DNA from: Patescibacteria group bacterium
GTDB lineage: Bacteria > Patescibacteriota > Patescibacteriia > Patescibacteriales > UBA12465
DNA: 44,022 nucleotides
Assembly (NCBI GenBank): GCA_021734135.1
Contig: JAIPJO010000002.1
Location: forward strand, 1 to 44,022
Direction of reading: 5' to 3'
A model generated the notes under the pieces. The model ran no database searches and was not told where the DNA came from. It saw only the letters and a list, made by a program, of their open reading frames with translations. The translations under genes and the position numbers were made by a program. Positions 9,361 through 18,343 of the stretch are shown here, in pieces; positions within the stretch are counted from its first letter, which is position 1; each line of letters opens with the position of its first letter.

Positions 9361-10512
9361 ATGCAAGTATATTTAGATAATGCTGCTACTACTAAAATGG
9401 ATAAAGTGGTAGCAGATATAATGCAAACTTATTTTATAGATAAGTATGCTAATCCTTCTTCAATACATCAAAAAGGTGAGGAAGTATATAATGATGTAGA
9501 AAAAGCTAAAGATAAGGTGGCTAAAATATTAAATGCTAAAGCACAGGATCTTATATTTACTGGCAGTGCCAGCGAAGCTAATAACTTTATCATTAAAGGA
9601 GTAGTTAGAGCTAATAAAGATAAAGGTAATCATATTATTGTCTCTGAGATTGAGCACCCTTGTGTTCTAGGTCCTGCTAAAGAGCTAGTTAAAGAAGGCT
9701 TTAAGGTTACATATGCTCCAGTTGATAAAAAAGGCAGGATAAAAATGTCAGAGTTAAAAGATATGATTTCAGAAGACACTGTTTTAGTATCTATTATGAC
9801 TGCCAATAATGAAATTGGCACAATTCAAAATATTAAAAAAATAGCAAAACTTGTAAAAAAAAGTGGTGCTTATTTTCATACTGATGCAGTGCAGGCAGTA
9901 CCATATTTAGAATTAGATGTTAAAGACTTGGGTGTAGACTTTTTAACGCTTTCAGCTCATAAATTCCATGGTCCTAAAGGTGTGGGAATGGCCTATATTG
10001 ATAGAAGTGTTAAAATTAACCCACTTATTAGTGGAGGAGAGCAAAACTATAGCCTTAGAGCTGGAACACTTGATGTAGCAGGAATAGTGGGATTTAGTAA
10101 GGCACTTGAGTTAGCATATAAAAATAGAGAGAAGAAAATAGAAAAAATTAGAGAATTAAGAGATTACTTTTTAGAACAAGTAAAGAAAAATATTAAAGAT
10201 GTACATTTAAATGGTCATGAAAAGTTTAGATTAGAGAATAATTTAAACCTTAGATTTAATGGTATCGAAGGCGAGGCAATACTTATGGATTTATTTAATC
10301 AAGGAATTTGTGTATCTACAGGTTCAGCTTGTAGTGCTAAAAATTTAAGAACTTCATATGTATTACAAGCTTTAAAGATTAATTCAGATTATTTAAACAG
10401 TAATGTTAGATTTTCACTTAGTAAAAATACTACTAAAGCAGAATTAGATTACACAGTTAAAAAATTAAAGGAAACAGTTGCAAGACTTAGAAGCTTTAGT
10501 CCAATTAAGTAA
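9361..10512 (+). CDS. iscS: Cysteine desulfurase (IscS/NifS type)
   Basis: YLDNAATT, HTDAVQ, SAHKFHGPKG (PLP lysine) and STGSACS motifs. Confidence 0.95.
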   Translation: MQVYLDNAATTKMDKVVADIMQTYFIDKYANPSSIHQKGEEVYNDVEKAKDKVAKILNAKAQDLIFTGSASEANNFIIKGVVRANKDKGNHIIVSEIEHPCVLGPAKELVKEGFKVTYAPVDKKGRIKMSELKDMISEDTVLVSIMTANNEIGTIQNIKKIAKLVKKSGAYFHTDAVQAVPYLELDVKDLGVDFLTLSAHKFHGPKGVGMAYIDRSVKINPLISGGEQNYSLRAGTLDVAGIVGFSKALELAYKNREKKIEKIRELRDYFLEQVKKNIKDVHLNGHEKFRLENNLNLRFNGIEGEAILMDLFNQGICVSTGSACSAKNLRTSYVLQALKINSDYLNSNVRFSLSKNTTKAELDYTVKKLKETVARLRSFSPIK

Positions 10513-10532
10513 TTACAATTAATGTCAAACAT

Positions 10533-10964
10533 ATGGCACTTAACTATACTAAAAAAACATTAAATCATTTTTTAAAACCAAAAAATATTGGTGAGATAAA
10601 AAATGCAGATGCCTATGCAGAAATAGGCAACATGGTTTGTGGAGACCAATTAAATTTTTCTATTAAAGTAGAAAAAGGAAAAATTAAAGATGTAAAATTT
10701 CTTTCCTTTGGTTGTGCTTCTAATATAGCCACAGCTTCAATTATGACAGAAAAAGTAAAGGGTATGAGCCTAGAAGAAGCTAAAAACTATGACTGGAATA
10801 AAATAGTTTCTGATTTAGGTGGATTACCTCAACAAAAAGTTCATTGCTCAATTATGGCAGTGCAAGGATTAAAGAAAGTTATTGATAGTTATGAAGATAA
10901 AAAGGGAAATAAAGAAGATCATAAAGGGAAAGCAAAGAAAAAAGTAGTCAAAAAGAAAAAATAA
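10533..10964 (+). CDS. iscU: Fe-S scaffold protein IscU/NifU-N
   Basis: GNMVCGD, FGCAS and LGGLPQQKVHCS motifs. Confidence 0.93.
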   Translation: MALNYTKKTLNHFLKPKNIGEIKNADAYAEIGNMVCGDQLNFSIKVEKGKIKDVKFLSFGCASNIATASIMTEKVKGMSLEEAKNYDWNKIVSDLGGLPQQKVHCSIMAVQGLKKVIDSYEDKKGNKEDHKGKAKKKVVKKKK

Positions 10965-11015
10965 GTAGATAAAATAAATTATATTTTATTGAAGTAATGA
11001 TGAAAATATATACAT

Positions 11016-11049
11016 ATAATAAAACTGCCTATAAGGGCAGTTTTATTAT
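11016..11049. terminator. Bidirectional terminator between convergent iscU and rplA
   Basis: 14-bp stem ATAATAAAACTGCC / GGCAGTTTTATTAT. Confidence 0.85.
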
Positions 11050-11079
11050 TATATCAATTTTTTGAATTTTTCTATCAAG

Positions 11080-11808
11080 TTATTCAGAAGAAATATTTAA
11101 TTTAACTCCAGGTCCCATGCTTGAGCATAAAACAATATTTTTAATATATTGTCCTTTAGCTTTAGCTGGTTTTGCTTTTTGAACAGCATCTAAAATAGTT
11201 TTAAAATTCTCCAGAAGTTTCTTATCATCAAAGCTAACTTTTCCAATTAGTGCATGTACATTAGAAGTGGCATCATTTTTAATATTAACCTTACCTTTTT
11301 TAAGTTCTTTTACTGCTTTTGCAGGGTCGTCAGTAACAGTTTCATTTTTAGGCGAAGGCATAAGACCTCTAGTACCTAAAATTTTAGCAATTTTTGCTAA
11401 ATTTTTCATCATAGCTGGTTCAGCTACTGCTACTTCAAAATCAGTTTTTTCACTTTTTTTAATTTCTTCAATTAATTCTTCACCACCAACTATATCAGCA
11501 CCAGCTTCTTTAACTGCTTTTTCGTTAGCACTAGATACAAAAGCAGCTATTTTAACATTTTTACCAGTACCATGAGGTAGGCTAACAGCTGTTCTGATTT
11601 GTTGATCACCTTTTTTAGGATCAATTCCTAGTCTAAAATGAAGTTCAATAGAAGCATCAAATTTAGCTTTGTGTAATTTTTTAACCAATTCAAGTGCTTT
11701 TTCTGGTTTGTAACTTTGAGCTTTATCAAACTCAATAGTTTCAGGATTTTCTTTTGTTTCAGTTTCTGCGTTTGTGTTTTTTGTTTCTTTGTTGTTTTTA
11801 TCTGTCAT
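11080..11808 (-). CDS. rplA: 50S ribosomal protein L1
   Basis: KFDASIELH, LPHGTGK, RGLMPSPK and SSMGPG motifs. Confidence 0.97.
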   Translation of the reverse strand: MTDKNNKETKNTNAETETKENPETIEFDKAQSYKPEKALELVKKLHKAKFDASIELHFRLGIDPKKGDQQIRTAVSLPHGTGKNVKIAAFVSSANEKAVKEAGADIVGGEELIEEIKKSEKTDFEVAVAEPAMMKNLAKIAKILGTRGLMPSPKNETVTDDPAKAVKELKKGKVNIKNDATSNVHALIGKVSFDDKKLLENFKTILDAVQKAKPAKAKGQYIKNIVLCSSMGPGVKLNISSE

Positions 11809-11818
11809 ATTTTTATTT

Positions 11819-11848
11819 GTGGTTTTAGCGCTACAGCATAGCTCCCAC
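11819..11848 (-). ncRNA. L1-binding leader upstream of rplA
   Basis: Minus strand reads GUGGGAG-CUAUGCUGUAG-CGCUAAAACCAC, matching the GUGGGAG...GCUA..ACCAC L1 site pattern. Confidence 0.8.
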
Positions 11849-11896
11849 TATTAATTATATATAATTATATAAATAAGTTATTTATATAAATATTAT

Positions 11897-12319
11897 TTAT
11901 TTAATTTGTACTCCCATTTGCTTAGCAGTACCAGCAATAATTTTTTTAGCTGCTTCAATATCATTAGCGTTTAAATCTTCCATTTTAACTTCTGCGATTT
12001 CTTTTACTTGATCTTGAGTGAGAGTTCCAACTTTTTCAGTTAAAGCATTAGCTGCACCTTTTTTGATGTTAGCATACTTTTTAATTAATTCAGATGCAGG
12101 AGGGCTTTTCATAATAAAATCAAAACTTCTGTCTTCATATACTGATATTTCAACAGGAACAATGTCTCCCATTTTATCTTTAGAAGCATCATTGAATTTA
12201 GTACAAAATTCTTGAATATTTAAACCATGTTGACCTAAAGCAGGACCAACCGGAGGAGCTGGATTAGCTTGACCAGCTGGAATTTGTAATTTAATGGTTG
12301 TTAATAATTTTTTTGGCAT
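11897..12319 (-). CDS. rplK: 50S ribosomal protein L11
   Basis: [18 protein letters not shown] motif; start at ATG 12319 (MPKK). Confidence 0.97.
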   Translation of the reverse strand: MPKKLLTTIKLQIPAGQANPAPPVGPALGQHGLNIQEFCTKFNDASKDKMGDIVPVEISVYEDRSFDFIMKSPPASELIKKYANIKKGAANALTEKVGTLTQDQVKEIAEVKMEDLNANDIEAAKKIIAGTAKQMGVQIK

Positions 12320-12373
12320 ATGATTATAATCTAACAATTTCTAAATTGTATTATCATTATTTTTTAATAGCAA

Positions 12374-12919
12374 TTATATTTTTTTAATTTGCAAAAAGTC
12401 TAACTCCACTGGTGTTTCACGACCAAACATTGAAACAGAAACTTTTACCTTTCCTTTAGCTTCATCAATAGCAGTAATTTTTCCTTCCATATTTTTGAAA
12501 GGACCTTCATTAATACGTACTGCTGAACCTTCGCTAACATCAATTTTGTATTTAGGTTCTTCAACACCCATTCTTTTTTGCAGTGATTTAATTTCTTCTT
12601 CACTAACAGGTGTAGGTGTGGTGCCGGTTCCAATAAAACCAGTAACATTTGGTGTGTTTCTAACAATATACCAAGATTCATCAGTTACTTCCATTTCAAT
12701 CATTACATAACCTGGAAAGATCTTTTCTTCAACTATTTTACGTTTTCCATTTTTGATTTTAATTTTTTTCTCAATAGGAACCAAAACATTGAAAATCTTA
12801 TCTTCCATGTCTAAAGTTTCAATTCTTTGGCGTAGATTTTGAGCAACGTTCTCTTCGTATCCAGAATAAGTGTGTAGAACGTACCAACGACGGCCTTGGT
12901 GTAAATTTTGCTTAGCCAT
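12374..12919 (-). CDS. nusG: Transcription termination/antitermination factor NusG
   Basis: WYVLHTYSGYE, FPGYV, NTPNVTGF and FGRETPVEL motifs. Confidence 0.97.
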   Translation of the reverse strand: MAKQNLHQGRRWYVLHTYSGYEENVAQNLRQRIETLDMEDKIFNVLVPIEKKIKIKNGKRKIVEEKIFPGYVMIEMEVTDESWYIVRNTPNVTGFIGTGTTPTPVSEEEIKSLQKRMGVEEPKYKIDVSEGSAVRINEGPFKNMEGKITAIDEAKGKVKVSVSMFGRETPVELDFLQIKKI

Positions 12920-12930
12920 AAGTATTCTTA

Positions 12931-13110
12931 TTAAATAATAAAGCCTAAAGCGTAATTAAAAACAAAGTCTAAAAGACCTAAAAAAGCAGCAATAGCAAGG
13001 CTGAGTCCAATAACTAGCCAAGTATAACGTGCTGTTTCTTTTTTAGTAGGCCAAGTGACTTTTTTCATTTCTTCAATTGACGCTTTAATATAGTTTCCTA
13101 ATTTTGTCAT
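12931..13110 (-). CDS. secE: Preprotein translocase SecE, 59 aa (absent from ORF track)
   Basis: Hand translation MTKLGNYIKASIEEMKKVTWPTKKETARYTWLVIGLSLAIAAFLGLLDFVFNYALGFII; KVTWP motif; directly upstream of nusG. Confidence 0.95.
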   Translation of the reverse strand: MTKLGNYIKASIEEMKKVTWPTKKETARYTWLVIGLSLAIAAFLGLLDFVFNYALGFII

Positions 13111-13167
13111 ACATTTATTTATTGTATTTAAAAATAGCCTTTTCGGCCATTTTTTTTAACTATTAAT

Positions 13168-13196
13168 AGTTTATATAATCTACTCAATTATGTCAA
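13168..13196 (-). promoter_or_regulatory. sigma70 promoter for secE-nusG-rplK-rplA
   Basis: Minus strand TTGACA-N17-TAAACT. Confidence 0.7.
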
Positions 13197-13278
13197 GAAA
13201 AAATTCTTTCATTATAATATTTAACTTGACTTATGTTGGCATTTACGTGAAAATAAGTTAAGATATAATTAATTATAT

Positions 13279-14988
13279 ATGGTAGGACCTAAATTAAAAA
13301 AAACAGAAGATAAACAGTATACAATAACTTCTAGAGCTAAAAGGCTTTTTCAAGCAGTTTACTTTAAACAAAAAAAAGCTGAAGAAGGTGAAAAGGATGA
13401 AATAGCTCATATTAAAGTATCAGCCTTAATTTCTAAGGTTGCTTTTGTTTATGAAAAAATAAGAAATGCAGTTGATTATGATGAAGAGCACATGCTTAGG
13501 AAAAATGCTATTGAAAGAATACTTAAAAGACAGATTGTTATTGAAGGAGTGCTCAAAGCTTCTAAAAGTGAAGAGATTTCACTGCATTTATTAACTGAAT
13601 TAATTAGAGCAGGTTATTTAGGTAATGATATGGTGCCTGAAGCTAAGATTAAAGAAATAGCAGATCTTTTAGAAAAATATATTAAATTGAAAAATTATGC
13701 TTTAGAAAAAGTTAGTACATTTTCAGATATAAATGATGATAATAAGGTGCTGAAAAACAAGATTAAAAAAAGAAACAGTTTAGTAAATTGGTTAATTTCT
13801 ATCGCAGCTACTGAAATCGAAGAGAATCTAGGTAAAGATGTAGTGCAACAAACAGTTATTGAGAATATGTATGAAGATCTAGAGTCTAATATTAAAGCTA
13901 GTGGTGATCTAGATGAAAAATTAAAAAAAGATTTAAAAATACAAATTTATTTAAGTATCTATAGAAAGTATGTAAAGTATAGTGATTCCATGTTGTCTTT
14001 AATTTTATTTAGATATTATAATCGTGAGTGGACCCAAGAGTTAGTAGAGGATGAAAAAATTATGGAGATTGCTTATAAAATACAACCTTTAAAAGAAGCA
14101 ATTGATAGGCAACTTAAGCATCCACTGATAAAACAAATTGATAAAATAACTCGTAAATATGCCGTATTTTATTCTATTATGACGGAACTTGTATCTTCTG
14201 AACCTGTAAAATTATTTTATGAATTAAAAAATAATTCTTCTGCATATTATAAACAAATTAAAAATACATATACCAAGCGTTATAAAAAAGCTAAATCAAA
14301 ACTTTGGCGTAGTGCTTGGCGAAGTATTGTTTATATTTTCTTTACTAAATCTATTTTTGTGATTTTAATTGAGGTTCCAGCTATAAAATGGTTTGGAGAA
14401 GAATTGAATTATGTTTCTTTGTTTATTAATATAATCTTTCCGGCATTACTACTCTTTTTTATGGTTTTAACAACTAGAAAACCTAGTTCTAAAAATCTTG
14501 ATAAAGTTGTTGAAGGAGTGCAAGAGATAAGTTATGAGGAATATAAAAGACATAAACCATTTAAAATTAAAAGACCTGCCAAGAGAAAACCTCTACCTAA
14601 TTTCATTTTTAATTTTATTTATTTTGTTACCTTTCTATTTTCAGTTTATGTGATTATAGAAGTTTTAACATTTATAAACTTTAATTGGGTAAGTATAATT
14701 ATTTTCTTGTTCTTTCTAGCTTTTGTTAGTTTCTTTAGTGTACGTATTAAGAAAAATATTAAAGAATTAATAGTAGCCGAAAGGAAAGATAATTTAGCAG
14801 ATTTTTTATTTGATTTCTTTTATATGCCTATTGTAGCTTCTGGTCGTTGGTTGTCAGGTAAGGCTTCAGAGGTTAACATCTTCATATTTATAATGGACTT
14901 TATTATTGAGGCTCCATTTAAAGTATTTGTGGAAATAGCTGAAGATTGGACTAAATATGTAAAAGAAAAGAAAGAAGAAATAATGTAA
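13279..14988 (+). CDS. Hypothetical membrane protein (CPR-type family)
   Basis: Long soluble helical N-terminus (YEKIRNAVDY..EH.LRKNAIERILKR) and about 4 C-terminal TM segments. Confidence 0.75.
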   Translation: MVGPKLKKTEDKQYTITSRAKRLFQAVYFKQKKAEEGEKDEIAHIKVSALISKVAFVYEKIRNAVDYDEEHMLRKNAIERILKRQIVIEGVLKASKSEEISLHLLTELIRAGYLGNDMVPEAKIKEIADLLEKYIKLKNYALEKVSTFSDINDDNKVLKNKIKKRNSLVNWLISIAATEIEENLGKDVVQQTVIENMYEDLESNIKASGDLDEKLKKDLKIQIYLSIYRKYVKYSDSMLSLILFRYYNREWTQELVEDEKIMEIAYKIQPLKEAIDRQLKHPLIKQIDKITRKYAVFYSIMTELVSSEPVKLFYELKNNSSAYYKQIKNTYTKRYKKAKSKLWRSAWRSIVYIFFTKSIFVILIEVPAIKWFGEELNYVSLFINIIFPALLLFFMVLTTRKPSSKNLDKVVEGVQEISYEEYKRHKPFKIKRPAKRKPLPNFIFNFIYFVTFLFSVYVIIEVLTFINFNWVSIIIFLFFLAFVSFFSVRIKKNIKELIVAERKDNLADFLFDFFYMPIVASGRWLSGKASEVNIFIFIMDFIIEAPFKVFVEIAEDWTKYVKEKKEEIM

Positions 14989-14993
14989 TTTAT

Positions 14994-15677
14994 ATGGCGT
15001 CATTATATATTGTAGCTACACCAATAGGTAATCTTGAAGATATTAGCTTTAGAGCTGTAAAGACTTTAAAAGAGGTAGATTTAATTTTAGCTGAAAATAC
15101 ATATACAGCTAAAAAACTACTTAATAATTATGATATTGAAACAGATCTGTGGCAATATAATCAAAATTCATCTGAAAAGCAATTTATAAATATTTCTGAA
15201 AAGCTAAAAGAAGGGAAATCATTAGCTCTTATCTCTGAGGCTGGCACACCAGGTATTTCAGATCCAGGTTCAATGCTTGTATCTAGATTATTAGAGAATT
15301 TACCAGATATTCAAATTATACCAATTACTGGCGCCTCAGCTCTTAGTGCTATCGTTTCAGTATCAGGTCTTAAAATGGATAGATTTTATTTTTTAGGTTT
15401 TTTGCCACATAAAAAAGGAAGACAAAAAATATTAAAAGAAATAAAAGAAAATAAATATAGTGTAGTGTTGTATGAATCTAAATATAGATTGTTAAAATTG
15501 TTAGATGAATTAATTGAACATGATTTAGGTGATAGAAATTTAGTTGTTGGTAGGGAACTTACTAAAATATATGAACATATATATAGAGGTAAAGCGGATG
15601 CTTTAAAAGAGTATTTTTTAAAAAATGAGATAGAGCAAAAAGGGGAATTTACAATAGTAATAAAAAAAGCCGCTTGA
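14994..15677 (+). CDS. rsmI: 16S rRNA C1402 2'-O-methyltransferase
   Basis: LYIVATPIGNLEDIS, AGTPGISDPG, RELTK and KGEF motifs. Confidence 0.95.
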   Translation: MASLYIVATPIGNLEDISFRAVKTLKEVDLILAENTYTAKKLLNNYDIETDLWQYNQNSSEKQFINISEKLKEGKSLALISEAGTPGISDPGSMLVSRLLENLPDIQIIPITGASALSAIVSVSGLKMDRFYFLGFLPHKKGRQKILKEIKENKYSVVLYESKYRLLKLLDELIEHDLGDRNLVVGRELTKIYEHIYRGKADALKEYFLKNEIEQKGEFTIVIKKAA

Positions 15678-15691
15678 TTAGTTCAAGCGGC
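15662..15691 (-). terminator. GC-rich hairpin with a U-tract on the minus strand only
   Basis: GCCGCTTGA-TTAGT-TCAAGCGGC preceded by A7 on the plus strand. Confidence 0.55.
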
Positions 15692-15791
15692 CAAAACAAG
15701 TATTTTTTTATAACCCCTTATAATATTGCATACTTGTTTTTACAGGAGAAATTTAAATGTGCAGATCTAATAATATATAATAAAAAAGATT

Positions 15792-17225
15792 ATGTCAAGT
15801 AAATACTATATCACAACCACATTACCATATATTAACTCAGACCCTCATGTAGGTTTTGCTGCTGAATTAATTAAAGCAGACGTTATAGCTCGTTGGCAAA
15901 GACTGCTGGGAAAAGAAGTAATTTTTAATACTGGAACAGATGAGCATGGTTTAAAAATATATAGAAAAGCTAAAGATTTAAATATAAATGTTTTAGATTA
16001 TTGTAATAAAGCATCAGAAAAGTTTGCTGAGTTAAAAGATTCTTTAAATATAAGTTATGATCGTTTTATCCGTACCACTGATGAAAATCATATAAAAGCG
16101 GCACAAGAATTTTGGAAAAGATGTGAAAAAAATGGAGATATATATAAAAAGAATTATAAGGTTAAATATTGTGTTGGTTGTGAGCTGGAAAAAACTGAAT
16201 CAGAGCTAGTTGATGGTAAATGTCCTTGGCATCCTAATCAAGAATTAGATATTATTGATGAAGAAAATTATTTTTTTAGGTTTAGTAAATATCAAGATAA
16301 ATTATTAAAATTATATGAAGAGAATCCAGAATTTGTTAAACCAAAGCATCGCTTACAAGAAATTAAGAGTTTTGTAAAATCAGGAATTAATGATTTTAGC
16401 ATTTCTCGTTTAAAAGAAAAAATGCCCTGGGGAGTTCCTGTGCCTGGAGATGAAAGTCAAGTAATGTATGTCTGGTTTGATGCTTTAGTTAATTATATCT
16501 CTACACTAGACTGGCCAAATGAAGAAGGTGATTTTAGAGATTTTTGGCCAGGACTGCAAGTTGCTGGTAAAGATAATCTAAGACAGCAATCAGCTATGTG
16601 GCAAGCAATGCTTATGTCTGCTGGTATAGAAAATTCAAAAAAAGTTCTAGTGTTCGGCTTTTTAACTAGTGAAGGTCAAAAGATAAGTAAATCTTTAGGA
16701 AATAATATAAATCCAATTGAATACAGTCAAAAATATGGTGAAGATGCACTTCGTTATTATTTATTAGAACAAATTCCTACCTATGGTGATGGTGATTTCT
16801 CAGTTTCTAATTTTGAATTATTATATAATTCACATTTAGCTAATGAGTTAGGGAATTTAGCTAGTAGATTAAGTAATTTGATAGCGAAGGAAGACTTTGA
16901 TCCTAATATCAAAAAAGACTCAGATCAAGAGTTTAATGAGAATATAAAAGAGTTAATGGATAAGTATGAACTTCAATTTGCCCTACATGCAATTTGGCAA
17001 AAAATTAGACAAACTAATGAGTATTTAACCAAGGAGGCTCCTTGGAAAATAGAAGATAAAATAAAAAAGCAAAAAGTTTTAGAGTTTAGTTTGCAGAGTT
17101 TATATGATGCCTGTTTAAAATTACAAGTATTTATACCAAGTACTTGTGAGAAAATACTAAAGCATTTTGAGGCTAGGCCTATTGAGAAAATAGAACCTTT
17201 ATTTCCAAAAATAAAAAATAAGTAA
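15792..17225 (+). CDS. metG: Methionine--tRNA ligase (short form)
   Basis: YITTTLPY...HVGF (HIGH), GTDEHG, YVWFDAL and KISKS (KMSKS) motifs. Confidence 0.95.
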   Translation: MSSKYYITTTLPYINSDPHVGFAAELIKADVIARWQRLLGKEVIFNTGTDEHGLKIYRKAKDLNINVLDYCNKASEKFAELKDSLNISYDRFIRTTDENHIKAAQEFWKRCEKNGDIYKKNYKVKYCVGCELEKTESELVDGKCPWHPNQELDIIDEENYFFRFSKYQDKLLKLYEENPEFVKPKHRLQEIKSFVKSGINDFSISRLKEKMPWGVPVPGDESQVMYVWFDALVNYISTLDWPNEEGDFRDFWPGLQVAGKDNLRQQSAMWQAMLMSAGIENSKKVLVFGFLTSEGQKISKSLGNNINPIEYSQKYGEDALRYYLLEQIPTYGDGDFSVSNFELLYNSHLANELGNLASRLSNLIAKEDFDPNIKKDSDQEFNENIKELMDKYELQFALHAIWQKIRQTNEYLTKEAPWKIEDKIKKQKVLEFSLQSLYDACLKLQVFIPSTCEKILKHFEARPIEKIEPLFPKIKNK

Positions 17226-17233
17226 TAATTTAT

Positions 17234-17749
17234 ATGGTATTATTTGATACAATTTTAATTGTTATTTTAGCGGGTTTTGTTTTCTATGGTCTCTTTAAAG
17301 GTATTATTAAAATGATTGGTGATTTAGCTGGACTTATTGTTGGTGCCTGGTTAGCTAGTTACTATTATTTAGATTTTGCTAATTGGTTAGCTGAATTTAA
17401 TATAGGTTCTGATTATATTTTAAAAATTGTTTCCTTTGTTGTTTTGTTTGCTTTAGCTAGTAAGTTGGTGTCATTAGCCTTTTCTCTATTAGAGAAAGTT
17501 TTAAAATTAGTTTTTTTAATACCATTTGTAAAAACTTTAAATAGATTACTTGGGGCTGTGTTAGGTTTTGCTATTGGTTCTATAAGCATAGGTTTAATAC
17601 TTTTTGTAATTTCAAAATATGTACCTGTTAGTACTAGTTTAGCTACTTGGTTAACGAATTCTGAAATAGCACCTTTTCTACTTAGTGCGGCAAAAATTCT
17701 AATGCCATTACTGCCAGAAGCTCTTAAATTATTAACTGGAATAATATAA
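17234..17749 (+). CDS. CvpA family membrane protein
   Basis: D..I.....F..GLFKG and LNRLLGAVLG motifs; about 4 TM helices. Confidence 0.85.
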   Translation: MVLFDTILIVILAGFVFYGLFKGIIKMIGDLAGLIVGAWLASYYYLDFANWLAEFNIGSDYILKIVSFVVLFALASKLVSLAFSLLEKVLKLVFLIPFVKTLNRLLGAVLGFAIGSISIGLILFVISKYVPVSTSLATWLTNSEIAPFLLSAAKILMPLLPEALKLLTGII

Positions 17750-18342
17750 TGAAGATAATTGATACAGAAGAAAATAAGTATGAAAAAAATATAGAAATTA
17801 TTTGTACTGCTTTAAATAATTCTAAGGTTATTGCTATAGCTACTGATACTATTTATGGCTTAAGTGCTGTGGCTTTGGATAAGAAGGCTGTAGATAAGGT
17901 ATATAAAATAAAAAACAGATCTCAAGAAAAAAAGTTTATTCTTCTAGTTTCAGATTTAGAAATGGCAAAAAAGTATGCTAAGATAAATAATAAACAAGAA
18001 AAATATTTAGAGTCTATTTGGCCTGGACCTATCACGGTTGTTTTAGAGGCTAAAAATACAGTTGTTAATGATTTAGCTTTAAAAGAGGGAAGTATTGCTA
18101 TACGCAATCCAGGTTCAGTTTTTTTAATTGATATTATTAAAAAAATAAATAATCCAATTATTTCTACTAGTGTAAACACAAGTGGTAATAATAGTTTAAA
18201 TAGTGTTCTAGATATTAAAGAATTATTTCAAAATAAAAACAATAAACCTGACTTAATAATTAAAAGTAAGCCGGGTGCATATAAATCATCAAGAGTGGTT
18301 AATATAATAGATATAAATAATCCTATAATTTTAAGAAAATAG
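17749..18342 (+). CDS. tsaC: L-threonylcarbamoyladenylate synthase (YrdC/Sua5)
   Basis: TDTIYGL, K.R, WPGPITVV and STSVN.SG motifs. Confidence 0.92.
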   Translation: MKIIDTEENKYEKNIEIICTALNNSKVIAIATDTIYGLSAVALDKKAVDKVYKIKNRSQEKKFILLVSDLEMAKKYAKINNKQEKYLESIWPGPITVVLEAKNTVVNDLALKEGSIAIRNPGSVFLIDIIKKINNPIISTSVNTSGNNSLNSVLDIKELFQNKNNKPDLIIKSKPGAYKSSRVVNIIDINNPIILRK

Positions 18343-18343
18343 T

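Noticed and set aside
10895..10964. Poly-Lys tails (IscU, PyrG N-terminus and others) as targeting signals
   Set aside because: Adequately explained by AT-driven AAA codon bias
13111..13278. Expected tRNA-Trp or rpmG upstream of secE
   Set aside because: No cloverleaf, T-loop motif or L33 ORF; no tRNA or rRNA was recognised anywhere in the window
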